Positions 1-11,968 of a DNA stretch of 64,000 bases are shown one piece after another (positions within the stretch are counted from its first letter, which is position 1; every line of letters starts with the position of its first letter). The DNA is taken from positions 203,732,001 through 203,796,000 of the forward strand of contig NC_042998.1 of assembly GCF_006345805.1 (NCBI RefSeq), in the 5' to 3' direction. Position numbers and translations under genes: made by a program. This DNA is from Octopus sinensis. Lineage: Eukaryota. Under the pieces are notes generated by a model. That model had not been told where the DNA came from. It saw only the letters and a program-made list of their open reading frames with translations, and made no database searches.

Positions 1-274
1 TTGATTAACGGAAACAATTTTACTTTTGTTTTCAGTTTCAGGATTCTAACTGTAGACAAACCAAACAAATATCTTTCTCATCACATTTCGGCGATAAAAA
101 TGTATATTTTTGTAAAAAGAAACGCGTAATATTTTGTGAAACACCGGAAGAAAATCATTTTCTCTGATAACATTTCTTTGGTTGGTTGCGAAAGATTAAG
201 ACTTCGGCGTTGGAGATACATTGTCGAGTTCAGGGCGGTGATTGTTTTGGAATTCACTTTCATTTTATCTATTA

Positions 275-605
275 TTTGTTTCAGGCACTAGGCTGAGGCC
301 ATGCTGGGGCACTACCTTGAGAAATTTTTAGTCGAACAAATTGACCCCAGTACCTATTTTTTTAAAAGCTTGGTACTTATTCTATCGGACAGTTTTGTTG
401 AACCGCCAAGTTGTGGGACGTAAATAGACCAACACCTGTTGCCAAGCGGTGGTGGAGGACAAACACATACACACACACATACAACATGCTTCTTTCAGTT
501 TCCGCCTCCCATATCCACTCACAAGGCTTTGGTCGACCCGAAAATACAGCAGAAGACATTTGCCCAATGTGCCTCGTAGTGGGACTGAACTCGGAATCAT
601 ATGGT
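275..605 (-). mobile_element. tRNA-derived SINE family A (CORE-like), diverged copy
   Basis: Reverse complement matches the copy at 28527-28927 (cccactacgaggcacattgggcaaatgtcttct ... cagcatggcc). Confidence 0.85.
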
Positions 606-1044
606 TTTTACTTGCTTTTTTCTTTTCAATAACTTTTGTCTGTAAAATAAGGAAGACCAGTCATTGTTATGGTCGGAAGCTCGTAAAATATCTGACCCAA
701 ACAAAAGAGCGGAAATAAAACATCATTTCCTCGTGACATATCAAAGAAACCCTTCGTCTTTATAGTTAGCAATGAATTCTGTTATTGTGATCTCGTTAGA
801 ATATTGGAACAGACGAAATCTTCATCGTTTCACTGCAGAAGAAAAACTAAAATCAACGACCAAATTTTAAATAGCAAGATTCTTGCTAATAATACTATAT
901 TCTAGGTTCAGCTTATTTCACAATTTTGTTGTGCATAAAATAATGAAAAATCACCAATAAATTGACGACGTTAGCAGATAAATCTTCCTCAATAAGTTAC
1001 GCAATTTCAATTATTATAAGCCGCATGTTCAATGCTTGTCCAGA

Positions 1045-1308
1045 AAATTCTCCGCAAGAAATCTCGCCATACAGGAAAATTCGCCATAAGACAAATCCAC
1101 CGAATGGACAATGATAAGGCGTATTATATCAGAATTTTTTTAAATAAGAAAAAAAGAATGATAAAAGGTTTTATAAAAGCACTAAATAGACAAGATTTTA
1201 TTCAAAACCCAAACATAGAAAAAAAACTTGATGAGGTCACTTAAAACGAAATTTCTTACGGTAAATTTTTCTTCGGAAAAAATGTTTACTGCAAAATTTC
1301 CTATAACC
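1045..1308. mobile_element. Non-autonomous MITE-like element, second copy at 51375-51576
   Basis: Both copies share attcgccataagac and aaaacgaaatttcttacg...gcaaaatttccta(t/a)aacc, and have short subterminal repeats. Confidence 0.6.
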
Positions 1309-1608
1309 TGATGAGCGTTCTAAATCTCAAATCAGTTTAAGAATCAATAGCTACAATTGCCGATAAACCGTTTCTATTGGTTTAATAATTTTATGCTATC
1401 GATCAGTCAATCGCTTTCCTTACAAACTAAATATATAAAAAAAATATTTAAAAAAAACCCCTGAAGTATTCAATCAGCGTTAGTTCAAGTAGAAAACATT
1501 TTAGAAGTATTTTCCCTACAAGTTGTGATGCATTAAATGACAGGGAAAACAAATAAAAATATGAATGTATGTATATATATATACACGTATATAAGTATAT
1601 ATATTTAT

Positions 1609-1838
1609 GGCGGCGAGCTGTCAGAATCGTTAGCACGCCGGACGAAATGTTTAGTAGCATTTTATCTGCCGTTACGTTCTGAGTTCACATTCCGCCGAGG
1701 TCGATTTTGCCTTTCATCTTTTCGGGATCGATTAAATAAGTACCTGTTACGCATTGGGGTCGATGTAATCGATTTTATCTCTTTGTCTGTCCTTGTTTTC
1801 CCCCTCTGTGTTTAGCCCCCTGTGGGCAATAAAGAAAT
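1609..1838 (+). mobile_element. tRNA-derived SINE family B (Meta-domain-like body)
   Basis: ggcggcgagct head, B-box-like gagttcacattcc, gcctttcatc body and gtctgtccttgt...aataaagaaa tail. Many copies occur in the window. Confidence 0.9.
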
Positions 1839-1918
1839 ATATATCAGTATATATATGTATGATAGATCGCTAGCCACTACATATTCTTTATTTTCTCTCC
1901 CTGGTTCTTTCTGTGCTC

Positions 1919-1954
1919 CTTTCTGTGAAAGAGCGTAGGCTCGAAATGTTAAAG
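1919..1954 (+). ncRNA. Degenerate minimal hammerhead motif in a pLTR-like repeat
   Basis: cttt-CTGTGAA-a-gagc(gtag)gctc-GAAA-tgt-t-aaag. Stems I and II pair but the core is mutated. Confidence 0.45.
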
Positions 1955-2043
1955 ACTTTTTCACTTCCCGATCGTTAAACTAATACATCTGTTTGTGTCT
2001 ACACCACCTATCTTCGTCTTCGTTTTTTTTTTGCGAATTGTAC

Positions 2044-2094
<51 letters not shown>

Positions 2095-2177
2095 ATAATA
2101 TTTATTTGAGGGAAAATTAATCCTAACTTACAGGGGAAAAAAATTCAATTTAGAAATACTAAATCAAATTTCACACA

Positions 2178-2245
<68 letters not shown>

Positions 2246-2409
2246 TAAAATTAGAAAAAAAACTCACATTTTATCAATTCAAAATGAACAATTAAATTAC
2301 ACCATCTAGAAAATAACATATAATAGAAATATTAAAATTAAAATAACAATAAAATACCAATGATTAAGTAAATTGCAAAAAATAATAAAAACGTATATAA
2401 TTGGTAGAA

Positions 2410-2513
2410 TAACGAACGTGTTTCGTGGCTATATTTAAGAAATGATTATTGTAAAAAAAATTAATAGTAGTAGTAAAGTCACTTCGATATAAATATAGTC
2501 ACTCATCAGGTTA
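2410..2513 (-). ncRNA. Type I hammerhead ribozyme motif with long stem II
   Basis: Minus strand: taac-CTGATGA-gtgactatattta...taaatatagccac-GAAA-cacgtt-c-gtta. Stem II pairs at 12 of 13 positions and stem I has 4 bp. Confidence 0.7.
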
Positions 2514-3063
2514 AAAATAAACTAGAATAATAAAATAATTAAATATACTTTAATATATATATATAAAATACTAAATAAACATTAAATGAAAACTAAAACA
2601 ATACTTAAATTATTAAACACTTTAAAATTAATTAATATACACAACGCTAGTACAAGTTATTAAATTGTAATCAAAATAAGAAATGGTTTAAATATAGACA
2701 AACTCATTAAATAAGCTAACTATACAAGTAATATGCATGTGTAGTATCTATAGATTTAATATATCAATCTATAATGTAGTTGACTAAATATCAATTAATA
2801 TAATACCGAATTATCTTGAAATTTAATACTACATAATAAATATACCACCGAATAATTAAATAATATATTGTCTAACAAAATTAATACTCAAATTAAATTA
2901 AATGTAATACGTTAGATCCCTTTATATATATATATATACATATATATATAAATAATTAAAATCACAATAAGGGTGAAAAAAATTGAATATTAATTAATAA
3001 CATCAATTTAAAACACCAAGTGGCCTAGCGTATAAAAAGACTGGGACACAGTAAAAATTATTA

Positions 3064-3115
3064 ATACAAGTAATAAGAGAGAGACCACATGTGGTCGCTC
3101 TCTTATTACTTGTAT
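3064..3115. repeat. 52-bp near-perfect palindrome
   Basis: atacaagtaataagagagagaccac|at|gtggtcgctctcttattacttgtat, one mismatch. Confidence 0.9.
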
Positions 3116-3614
3116 ATATATAAATAGATATAAGAATTAATATCTATCGTAATTTATAGCTATCAATATATATATAAATGTTATAATGCCGAGAATTATT
3201 TGCAAATGGAAAATAAGAGACATTTCGGCCCCATAAATTAAAGAAATGTGCAAAAATATTAGAACCAATGAACTATACACTACGAAGATTTTCAATCACA
3301 ATCACCAGTTCACTACAAATCCAGTCAATAACAATAATAACAACGATCAAACTCAAAATAATACAAAATCCAAATAATTTTGATAAACAAACTATATTAC
3401 TAAGTTCAACGATTAAATTAATCTATCTGGATTTTAAACGTATTAATAGGTTTTAGCGTCTAATTAATATACCCAATGCTATTACCGGTCATGAATAGTA
3501 CAATCAAAAATAGGAAATAGTTCAAATATACTCAAATCCATTATATAAACTAACTATATTATTAATATCATTTGTACGATGTAGAGAATATACCGCCAAC
3601 GACCTTAACATTAG

Positions 3615-3990
3615 CTTCAAGGTTCATCCAAGACTGGGACCACGGGCCATACGTCCCCTGCCCAATTCAAGATCACAACATACATGTACACTGCAACATA
3701 ATTTCTTTTCCTCAACAGGCCCTGCCCTATTTAACATTGTCCCGAGGGAGATCAAAGAGGAAAAGGATCCCATCAACTTTAAACGGAGTCTGGATAGATT
3801 CCTTCAAAGAATACCAGATAAGCCACCCATAAGTGGATACAGCTCACCCAACAAGAACTCACTACTTAAACAAAACTTGACTTAAACAAAACTTGACTTA
3901 AACAGGATTCGAATAATCCTATCAGGTGATGCTATTAAGTTAGACATGGCCTGGACCAATCTTTGGTCGAAACATATCTAAGTTTATTTA
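3615..3990 (+). mobile_element. CR1/L2-group LINE 3' end (ORF2 C-terminus plus 3' UTR)
   Basis: Manual translation gives VHPRLGPRA...HNFFSSTGPALFNIVPREIKEEKDPINFKRSLDRFLQRIPDKP. A related copy lies at 57190-57580 (-). Confidence 0.7.
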
Positions 3991-4388
3991 TGTACAATAT
4001 CTATAGATCTAATATTTCACACGATAATAAAGTTAAACATAAAATCGATATTAAAATAAAAACTAGTTTACTTAAATGTAATACTACTGAGGAATTACAA
4101 CCGTGTTTCGAGGTCTGCTACCACAACAGCTCCTTTATAGGATCCAGTTAGATCAAGACATCATCAGGAGGAACCACGTCTGGTTTCGGCCCCTACTCTT
4201 CTACCATTTTGACGTGCCCCCCCCCCCCCTTTCGTAGGTGTCCTCAGCTCTGGTGTTGGGTGCATGTCTTCTTTCTTCTTCTTTCTTCGGTTCCCTGGCC
4301 TCTTCGATGTGTCGTCAGCGAGTGTCAGCCGGTGACTGACTGTCTTGTCAAATTTTAGTATCACATATGGCAGCAACATATATTAGAT

Positions 4389-4627
4389 GGGCGACGAGTT
4401 GGCAGAAACGTTAGCACGCCGGGCGAAATGCGTGGCCGTATTCCGTCTGTCGTTACGTTGTGAGTTCGAATTCCGCCGAGGTCGAATTTGCCTTTCATCC
4501 TTTCGGGGTCGATGAATTAAGTACCAGTTTCGCACTGGGGTCGATGTAATCGACTTAATACCTATGTCTGTCCTTGTTCGTCCCCTCTGTGTTTAGCCCC
4601 TTATGGGTAGTAAAGAAATAGGTATTT
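4389..4627 (+). mobile_element. SINE family B, full length
   Basis: High identity to the other family B copies, with B box gagttcgaattcc. Confidence 0.9.
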
Positions 4628-4809
4628 AAAGGGAGAAATTTGACAAGTCAGTCAGTCACCCGCTGACACTCGTTAACGATACATCGAAGAGGCCAGGGAA
4701 CAGAAGAAAGAAGACATGCACCCAACACCAGAGCTGAGGTATTATATGTAATTTTCTGGATGGTGTAATTTAATTGTTCATTTTGAATTGATAAAAGGTA
4801 GCTTTTTTC

Positions 4810-4902
<93 letters not shown>

Positions 4903-4954
4903 AGTTTTAGCTCAGAGCTGCGACCATGTTGATGCACTGTATATATATATATAC

Positions 4955-5135
4955 GTACTCTTACTTGTTTCAGTCATTTGAGTGCGGCCATGCTGAGGCA
5001 CTGCCTTTAGTCGACCCCAAGGCTTATTCATTGTAAGCCTAGTACTTATTCTATCGGTCTCTTTTGCCGAACCGCTAAGTTACAGGAACGTAAACACACC
5101 AATATCGGTTGTCAAGCAATGGTGGGGGGACAATG
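4955..5135 (-). mobile_element. SINE family A, 3' half
   Basis: tacttgtttcagtcattt...gccgaaccgctaagttac matches the family A tail. Confidence 0.85.
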
Positions 5136-5153
5136 TGTGTGTATGTGTGTGTA

Positions 5154-5363
5154 CAGGGTGGGGCAGAAATACCTCTCTCATTTTAAACTTTCACCTGTGT
5201 TGCGAATGAACCTATGCAAGTACCAATGATGTTTTTCATATAGCTAATGAACAAGAATTGTACCCTTTTGTTTAAACAACAGTAAAATTAATTTTTTATA
5301 AATTTTCTGTCTTTTTCCTTTTGTCAACCTTTCAAATGTTGAAGGTATTTCTGCCACAGCCTC
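5154..5363. mobile_element. Tc1/mariner-type MITE
   Basis: TA followed by cagggtggggcagaaatacct at the left, with the inverted aggtatttctgccacagcct at the right. Confidence 0.65.
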
Positions 5364-5499
5364 GAACCCACAAGTTTAAACAAGAGAGACACAGACAAGC
5401 AGAAACAAGGAAAATGCCACTTCTATTTGAACACTATACAAACATTCTTTTAAAAAAACTTTTCTTTTAATTTTTCTAAATTTAATTATTTAATTGTTA

Positions 5500-5535
5500 C
5501 AGTTGAAAATGTCTCAATGGCTGAAACCGGTACTG
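5500..5535 (+). ncRNA. Minimal hammerhead motif, U3-A8 core variant
   Basis: cag-TTGAAAA-tgtctcaatggct-GAAA-ccggt-a-ctg. Paralog at 43173-43208. Confidence 0.5.
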
Positions 5536-5620
5536 AAATGTTTTTTATAAAATTATTTTAGCATTTTCTATCATGACATTTTTTTCTATATATATCAACT
5601 CGTGTGTTCCTTTTCATCCT

Positions 5621-5682
5621 TATACATACATACATACATACATACATACATACATACATACATACATACATACATACATACA

Positions 5683-5714
<32 letters not shown>

Positions 5715-5873
5715 AATATATATATATTATTTTATAGATAAATTTCCTCTATTTACATAATATTGAGGTCGCTTTCTTTTGTTATCTTACCGTTTTTACC
5801 AATATATATATATATATATATATGTATACGTATAAACACGCACATTATTATTATTATTATTATTATTATATTA

Positions 5874-5927
<54 letters not shown>

Positions 5928-6003
5928 CATCATCATGATATATATTAATATGTATGCATTGTATATAGATGTATGTATATGTACAAATGTATAAATATAT
6001 GTA

Positions 6004-6040
<37 letters not shown>

Positions 6041-7026
6041 ATATATATATATATATGCATTTGTTTATAAACATATGTATTTGTTTATAAATATATATGT
6101 ATATCACATACATATATACATATATACACGTACATATACATGTACATACGTAGGTATGTATATATATATGCACGTACGTTTGTATGTATTTATGTACCTT
6201 TGAACGAATATATGTATATATTTTCTTTTTCCTATTTCAAAGTATGACATTTGGCAGACTTTTTCTGTCTTCTTGCAGAAAATATAAAATATAAAATATA
6301 ACACTGACGAAATTCACAAATATAAAACAATTTCATTTATTTGTTCCATTATTTTTTCTTCTCATTCAACCTTATTTTTTTTGTGTTTTTTTGTTTTCCT
6401 ACTTTAATTTTATTTTACTTCTTAGAAAGTAAAAAAAATCAACTAAAAAAAACCAACAATCTCGAACACTTGAATTTATTAAAAAAAAGACAGAAAACGG
6501 AAAAGAAAAAGAATGCAATAATTCTTCGCAACAAACTGTTTGAGTTTCTCCAAGAAATCAAAGAGGAAATTGAAAAATAAGTGAATCCAGATGGGCTGAA
6601 CCACATTTCAGAAAATCGTTGTTCTGTGGAACCTATTATTGTTGTTGCAGACATGTTTTCGTTCCTTCCTTTCTTCCATCTTTCCTCTCATCATTCATTC
6701 TCCTTCATCATCATCATCATCATCATCGCCATCATCATCATCATCACCATCATCATCATCATCGTCATCATCATCATCATTGTCGTTGTCTTCTTCTTCT
6801 TCTTCTTCTTCTTCTTCTTCTTCTTCTTCTTCTTCTTCTTCTTCTTCTTCTTCTTCTCTTCTTCTCTTCTTCTTCTTCTTCTTCTTATTATTATTATTAT
6901 CATCATCATCATCATCATCATCATCATTATCATCATTGTCGTTGTCGTCTTCTTCTTCTTCTTCTTCTTCTTCTTCTACTGCTTCTTCTTCTTATTATTA
7001 TTATTATTATCATCATCATCGTCGTT

Positions 7027-7067
<41 letters not shown>

Positions 7068-7170
7068 AATCATCATCATCATCATTATTATTGTTGTTAT
7101 TATTATTATTATCTCTCTCCCCTTCTCTCTCTCCCTTTGTCTCTCCCCCCCCCGTCTCTCTCTCTCCCCT
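5621..7170. repeat. Compound microsatellite block: (TACA)n, (TAT)n, (TA)n, (CAT)n, (CTT)n
   Basis: Directly visible, and it explains the homopolymeric ORFs at 6581-7301. Confidence 0.95.
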
Positions 7171-7455
7171 AAATAAATATCCGCCGCGTCGGTAAGTGGT
7201 GTCTTGAGTTTTATTTCTTTCTCAATAAAAACAAAACCACGGGGGCGGTCAGTATGATGTTGTTTCCACCCCCCCCTCTTCAGTAGGGCATCATTCCTCA
7301 TTTATGAGCAACAGACATTGAAATATAGAGTAACTGTTTCCATTGTTGTCACACACACACACACACACACACGCACACTCACACACATACATGCATACAT
7401 ATATAATACACACATATCCGTACATAGATACATATAAGCACGTAGGTGTGTGTGT

Positions 7456-7512
<57 letters not shown>

Positions 7513-7704
7513 AAATATGTATATGTAGATCAGCAGAAAGTGACTCAAAAACCGAGAATTTCGGGCATGGCACCCGTCAAGTACGAAGAACAAAACGTTC
7601 AATCCTTGAGTCACCCTTGTGACTCTCTACAGTTTAAAATATAAACATATATACTCGTGTCATGCGTTAGGTTTCTCTCGGCTTGTTTTGCCAATACTTT
7701 ACGC

Positions 7705-7763
<59 letters not shown>

Positions 7764-7770
7764 CTGTGTA

Positions 7771-8433
7771 CGAGGCGGGGTCAAAAGTTATCCGCACTTT
7801 TGCCATAACATATCTTTCTTATTGTCACACTGCCTTCTGCGCACGCATGCTTATAGTTGGTACTAATGTGGTCACGTGATCGGAGTTTGAGCCTGATCAC
7901 ACCATTTTTCTTTCTGGCTTTACAGTGTAAGCCTGGCCTCTCCATTGGCACCAATGTGCACGAAAGAAGAACAAAGAGCAGTGATCCGAGAGATTGGTAA
8001 TGGTGAACCGGTTCACCATTGCCCTCTCTCGAACTTGCTGAATCTTCTCGTCAGTAGTGGACCGTCCTGGTCCCTCTTGATGTGTCGCACTTGTCCTGCC
8101 ACTTTTAAACTATTCAATCCACTCATACACACTTCTACGCAGTTGTACACTGTTCCCCCATCGGGCTAAAAGACTCCGATGAATTTCCGCACCTGAGACA
8201 CCTTCCGACCAGAGAAAGCGGATCACTGCTCTGTGTTCTTCTCTGGTGCACGTTGCTAGTGGAGAGGCCATACTTACACTGTGAAGCCAGAAAGAAGAAC
8301 GGCGCGATCAGGCTCATGTTTCGATCACCTGACCACAATAGCACCAGCTATAAGCAGGCATGCGCAGAAGGCAGTGTGACAATAATAAAGATATATTATG
8401 GTGAAAGTGCGGATAATTTTTGACTTCCCATCG
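7771..8433. mobile_element. Mariner-derived MITE made of two 5' ends
   Basis: TA flanks, TIR cgaggcggggtcaaaagttatccgcac vs gtgcggataatttttgacttcccatcg, and the transposase N-terminus on both strands. Confidence 0.9.
8003..8271 (-). pseudogene. Mariner transposase N-terminal HTH fragment
   Basis: Manual translation MASPLATCTREEHRAVIRFLWSEGVSGAEIHRSLLARWGNSVQLRRSVYEWIE*FKSGRTS, with an internal stop. Confidence 0.85.
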
Positions 8434-8441
8434 TATACATA

Positions 8442-8646
8442 CAATAATCCTTCGACTATTGCGGGCGTTACATTCCAAAACCTCCCACAGAAATAATTGA
8501 AATCTAAAAAAATATAAATACCTGTCGGTCGCAGAAACCCGGATATACTGAGGAGTCCGCGATATAAAGTTACATATATTAGCCAGAGAAATCCGCGATG
8601 TACTGAGTCCGAGACAGGTGAACCGCGATATGGCGAAGGAGCACTG
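8442..8646. mobile_element. Tigger/pogo-type MITE
   Basis: TA flanks. Left end caataatccttcgactattgcgg resembles the reverse complement of the right end, cagtgctccttcgccatatcgcgg. Confidence 0.65.
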
Positions 8647-8694
8647 TATACACGTGGGGCTTATTAAAAATGGATAAACTTGAAACTGTAAAGA

Positions 8695-9085
8695 CTTGTG
8701 GTCTTGTGGTTAGGGTATTCAGCTCACGATTGTAAGATGCCGAGTTCGATTTCTGGCGGCGCACTTTACTTCACGTTGCTTCAGTTATGGTGGCTATATT
8801 GTTTAATGTTGTAAACATTGTGAAGGTGCGTGGCTTAATGGTTAGGGTATTTTGCTCACGTGGCAAGGTTGTGAGTTTGATTCCTTGTGTCGCATTGTGT
8901 CCTTGAGCGAGGCACTCAGATAGTAAAACTGAGTTGTACATGTAATTCTAACGGCCAGCTTTATCATATTCTGTGTCACGCTGAATCTCCCTGAGAGCTA
9001 TGTTAAAAGGTAAGCTTGTCAGTGGGGTACTCGGCCACTTGCACGTTAATTCCACGAGCAGGCTCTTCCATTAATCGGAATTCCA
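8695..9085 (+). mobile_element. SINE family D: a short head followed by a near-full copy
   Basis: tggcttaatggttagg A-box-like head, tgtgtccttgagc, and gccacttgcacgttaat. Homologous to 35487-35792. Confidence 0.75.
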
Positions 9086-9594
9086 GTTTTATCTTTCTTC
9101 GTTAGGAGGGTGATGGTTTCGACGAACGCGCTAAACACGACCCTGATTCAGTCCAACTTCAACATCAAATGTTTCATGCTTCAGATTCTTTACCTGGGAA
9201 GGTGCTTGGCTGAGCGGTTAAGGTGTAGCAGTCACAATAGGAACGATCGTGGTTTCGGCTCCCTGCCCGGGCGGTCGTTTCATGTTGCTCCGGTCCGCAT
9301 CTTTCACTCATCAGACCCTAGCCAAACAATTCCAATCGAATTTATCAAACCAAGTACTTTTTTTTTTAAACCGGGTAACTATTCTAGCAATCTCTTCCGC
9401 CGAACCGCTTCCCAATGTGGACGTAAACACACCGACACCGATTGTCAGGACACAAATGCAGATGAACGGCAACGGGAAACTCAGAGTAACAGGTTTTGTT
9501 GAATTTTCTGCTGCTTTAAATAAAGCATATTACTCTACCATTGGTATTTGAGTACTCTTTTCTCCACCTTGTTTCACATTTATGTGTTTACTCC

Positions 9595-9630
<36 letters not shown>

Positions 9631-9636
<6 letters not shown>

Positions 9637-9759
9637 CAAAATAAGCAACAAGGATATGCAAGGTAGTGTAGTACAATTGTTTCATGCTTCTTCATTTCAG
9701 TAGCATGAAACGATTGTACTACACTACCTTGGATATCCTTGTTGCCTATTTTGATTATA
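9631..9759. repeat. Fold-back hairpin with arms of about 58 bp next to (TA)n
   Basis: tataatcaaaataagcaacaaggatat...ttcatgct pairs with agcatgaaa...atatccttgttgcctattttgattata. Confidence 0.9.
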
Positions 9760-9860
9760 ATCACCCCATTTGATTTATATTGATAATACCATACCAAATT
9801 CTGGTGCCTTTAACTTAAGTACCATATTCATCTGAATCTAAATTTTGCTGAACATATATA

Positions 9861-10498
9861 TCTGTATATATAAAACTCAACTTGTGTGTCTGTGTGTGTA
9901 TCTGTGTGTGTGTTTGTGTGTGTATCTGTGTGTATGTTTGTGTGTTTAACTTCCCGGCACATCTCCTCCTAGCCAACAAATCGTAGAACCGCCAAAACTG
10001 GGTCACTTAAAGTTTAGGCGAATGAAAATTGAACTGCGCTATTTCTGTTCCGAAATTCATCTCGCAAGTGCAAAAATCGATGTGTTTGCTTAGGCCTTAT
10101 CCCATGCATTGAATAGTGAACTTTACTCAGTCAGCTGTTTGACATGAACTGTGTTCACCACGCGTGCAAGCATGCGTAAATTGCATGAAAAATAAAAAAT
10201 CAAGATATGAAAACGAATCGCCGTAAACATTTTAGAAATTCAGCAAAGAAATGAATTTCCGGGATGTAGCCTGAAGGGTTTTTTCGTATTAATCGTTTGG
10301 ACTTTGTGAACACATACCAATTGTTTTCATAACATTTTTAACGCTATGAATTAAATGTGACAATTTTGCGTTGAGTCTGCAGTTTGAATCACTTTAACCA
10401 AATTTTAGCAGGCCAGATTTTTGATCATCACGATACATCGCCAGCGACTCCCTGACACTCTCCCCTGAAATCCCCGTTGAGCCGGGCAATACTGCTAG
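9861..10498 (+). mobile_element. Complete non-autonomous Helitron
   Basis: A|TC 5' end (tctgtatatataaaa), internal GT-rich microsatellite, 3' hairpin cccg-ttgagc-cggg, and CTAG|T terminus. Confidence 0.8.
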
Positions 10499-10530
<32 letters not shown>

Positions 10531-10616
10531 ATATATATAGTGCCACGTAGTGGTACTGAACCTGAAGTCTTGTTGTTGGGAAGCAAGCTTCTTACCACAC
10601 AGCCACACCAGTGCCT

Positions 10617-10650
<34 letters not shown>

Positions 10651-11423
10651 CTACCGTGTACCAGGCTTAAAAAATTTAGTACAGGGATCGATTCATTCGT
10701 CTAAAAAAAAACTCTCCAGGGTGGTGCCCCAGCATGGCCGCACTCTAATGACTGAAACAAATAAAAGACAGAACATAAAAGAATTATTTCCCCGTTGCCT
10801 ACGCAACAGAATGACGCAAAAAATGGTCGACCGTCTTAGTAAATTATTTCCAGTCTGTAGTTTCGTGCCATTCCATTCGTGACTTGATGTCGACTTTGCA
10901 GTTTATCCCCGGGGGATCGATTAAACACTATCAGACAAGTAATGGAGTCACTTCAATCGATTACTTTCTTTCTCGCTTCTTCACTCGCTTCATTCCAAGA
11001 AAAATACTCTCGTCTCCTGCTTCGTCTGTTTTATAGCGTTTCCTTAATCATATGGAAATGTGTTAATTTTACAAGAAAGCAATAATCAGTTGCCTTATCT
11101 CGCTTGTTGCCTCGTCAGGTGTCGTCGGCTGGCTGCTCCGTTCTCTATCTCCATTCTCTATCTCTTCTGTGATGCTGGTGCCTTGCCTCTGATATAATGC
11201 TTTGTTTATCGAATTTCCTCAGCTTCGGAACTTTACGAACAAAAACGAAAAAAAAACAAAAAAAAACACAAGGATTCTAGAAAAATAGCTGCATCAGCAT
11301 CTTCTGCGTTTTCATTATCATCATGGTCGTTGTCGTCATCGTTGTCGTCATCATTCGTCGCCATCATCATCATTATCATGATCATGATCATCATCATCAC
11401 CATCATAATTTTTTAAATCATAA

Positions 11424-11765
11424 GCGCAGGTGTGGGCTTCTGGGAAGAATCTTGCTTCCTAACCGCATGGTTCCGGGTTCGGTTCCAATGCGTGTCACCC
11501 TGGACAAATGTCTTCTACTATAGCCTCGGGCCAACCAAAGCCCACTGAGAATATTTGGTAGACGAAAACTGAAAGAAGCTCATCATATATATATATATGC
11601 GCAGGCGTGGCCGAATGGTAAAAAGCTTGCTTCCCAACCACATGGTTCCGGGTTCAGTCCCAGTGCGTGTCACCCTGGAGAAATGTCTTCTACTATAGCC
11701 TCGGGCCGACCAAAGCCCTGTGAGTAGATCTGGTAGACAGAAACTGAAAGAAGCCCGTCGTATAT
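11424..11765 (+). mobile_element. Two tandem SINE family A 5' halves
   Basis: gcgcagg...ggttccgggttc...gaaactgaaagaagc appears twice, separated by (TA)n. Confidence 0.85.
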
Positions 11766-11789
11766 ATATGTGTGTGTGTGTGGGATTCA

Positions 11790-11968
11790 GTGGGACAAGG
11801 CAGGTCCCCATTGAATTACTGGTACAACTCATGTTTTGCCAGCTGAGTGGACTGTAGCAAAGGGAAATAGACATCTCTTGCTCAAGGACATAACGCGCTG
11901 CTAGGAATCGAACTCTCCACCTTACGATCGTGAGTCGAATACCCTAACCAGGAAGACGCACGCCTTCA
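11790..11968 (-). mobile_element. SINE family D-related 5' part
   Basis: Reverse complement reads gaaggcgtgcgt...ggttagggtattcgactcacgatcg...gtccttgagcaag...cagtccactcagctggcaaaa. Confidence 0.7.

Noticed and set aside
1305-1340. CTGATGAG motif
   Set aside because: No stem II or GAAA. It arises at a MITE boundary.
4095-4255. Tandem CTGAGGA/CTGATGA...GAAAC motifs on the minus strand
   Set aside because: I could not fold stems I and II in register, so I did not call a hammerhead. Worth rechecking with a family consensus.
6581-7301. Long overlapping ORFs (poly-H/S/I/F/L)
   Set aside because: Pure trinucleotide microsatellites that are open in several frames on both strands.
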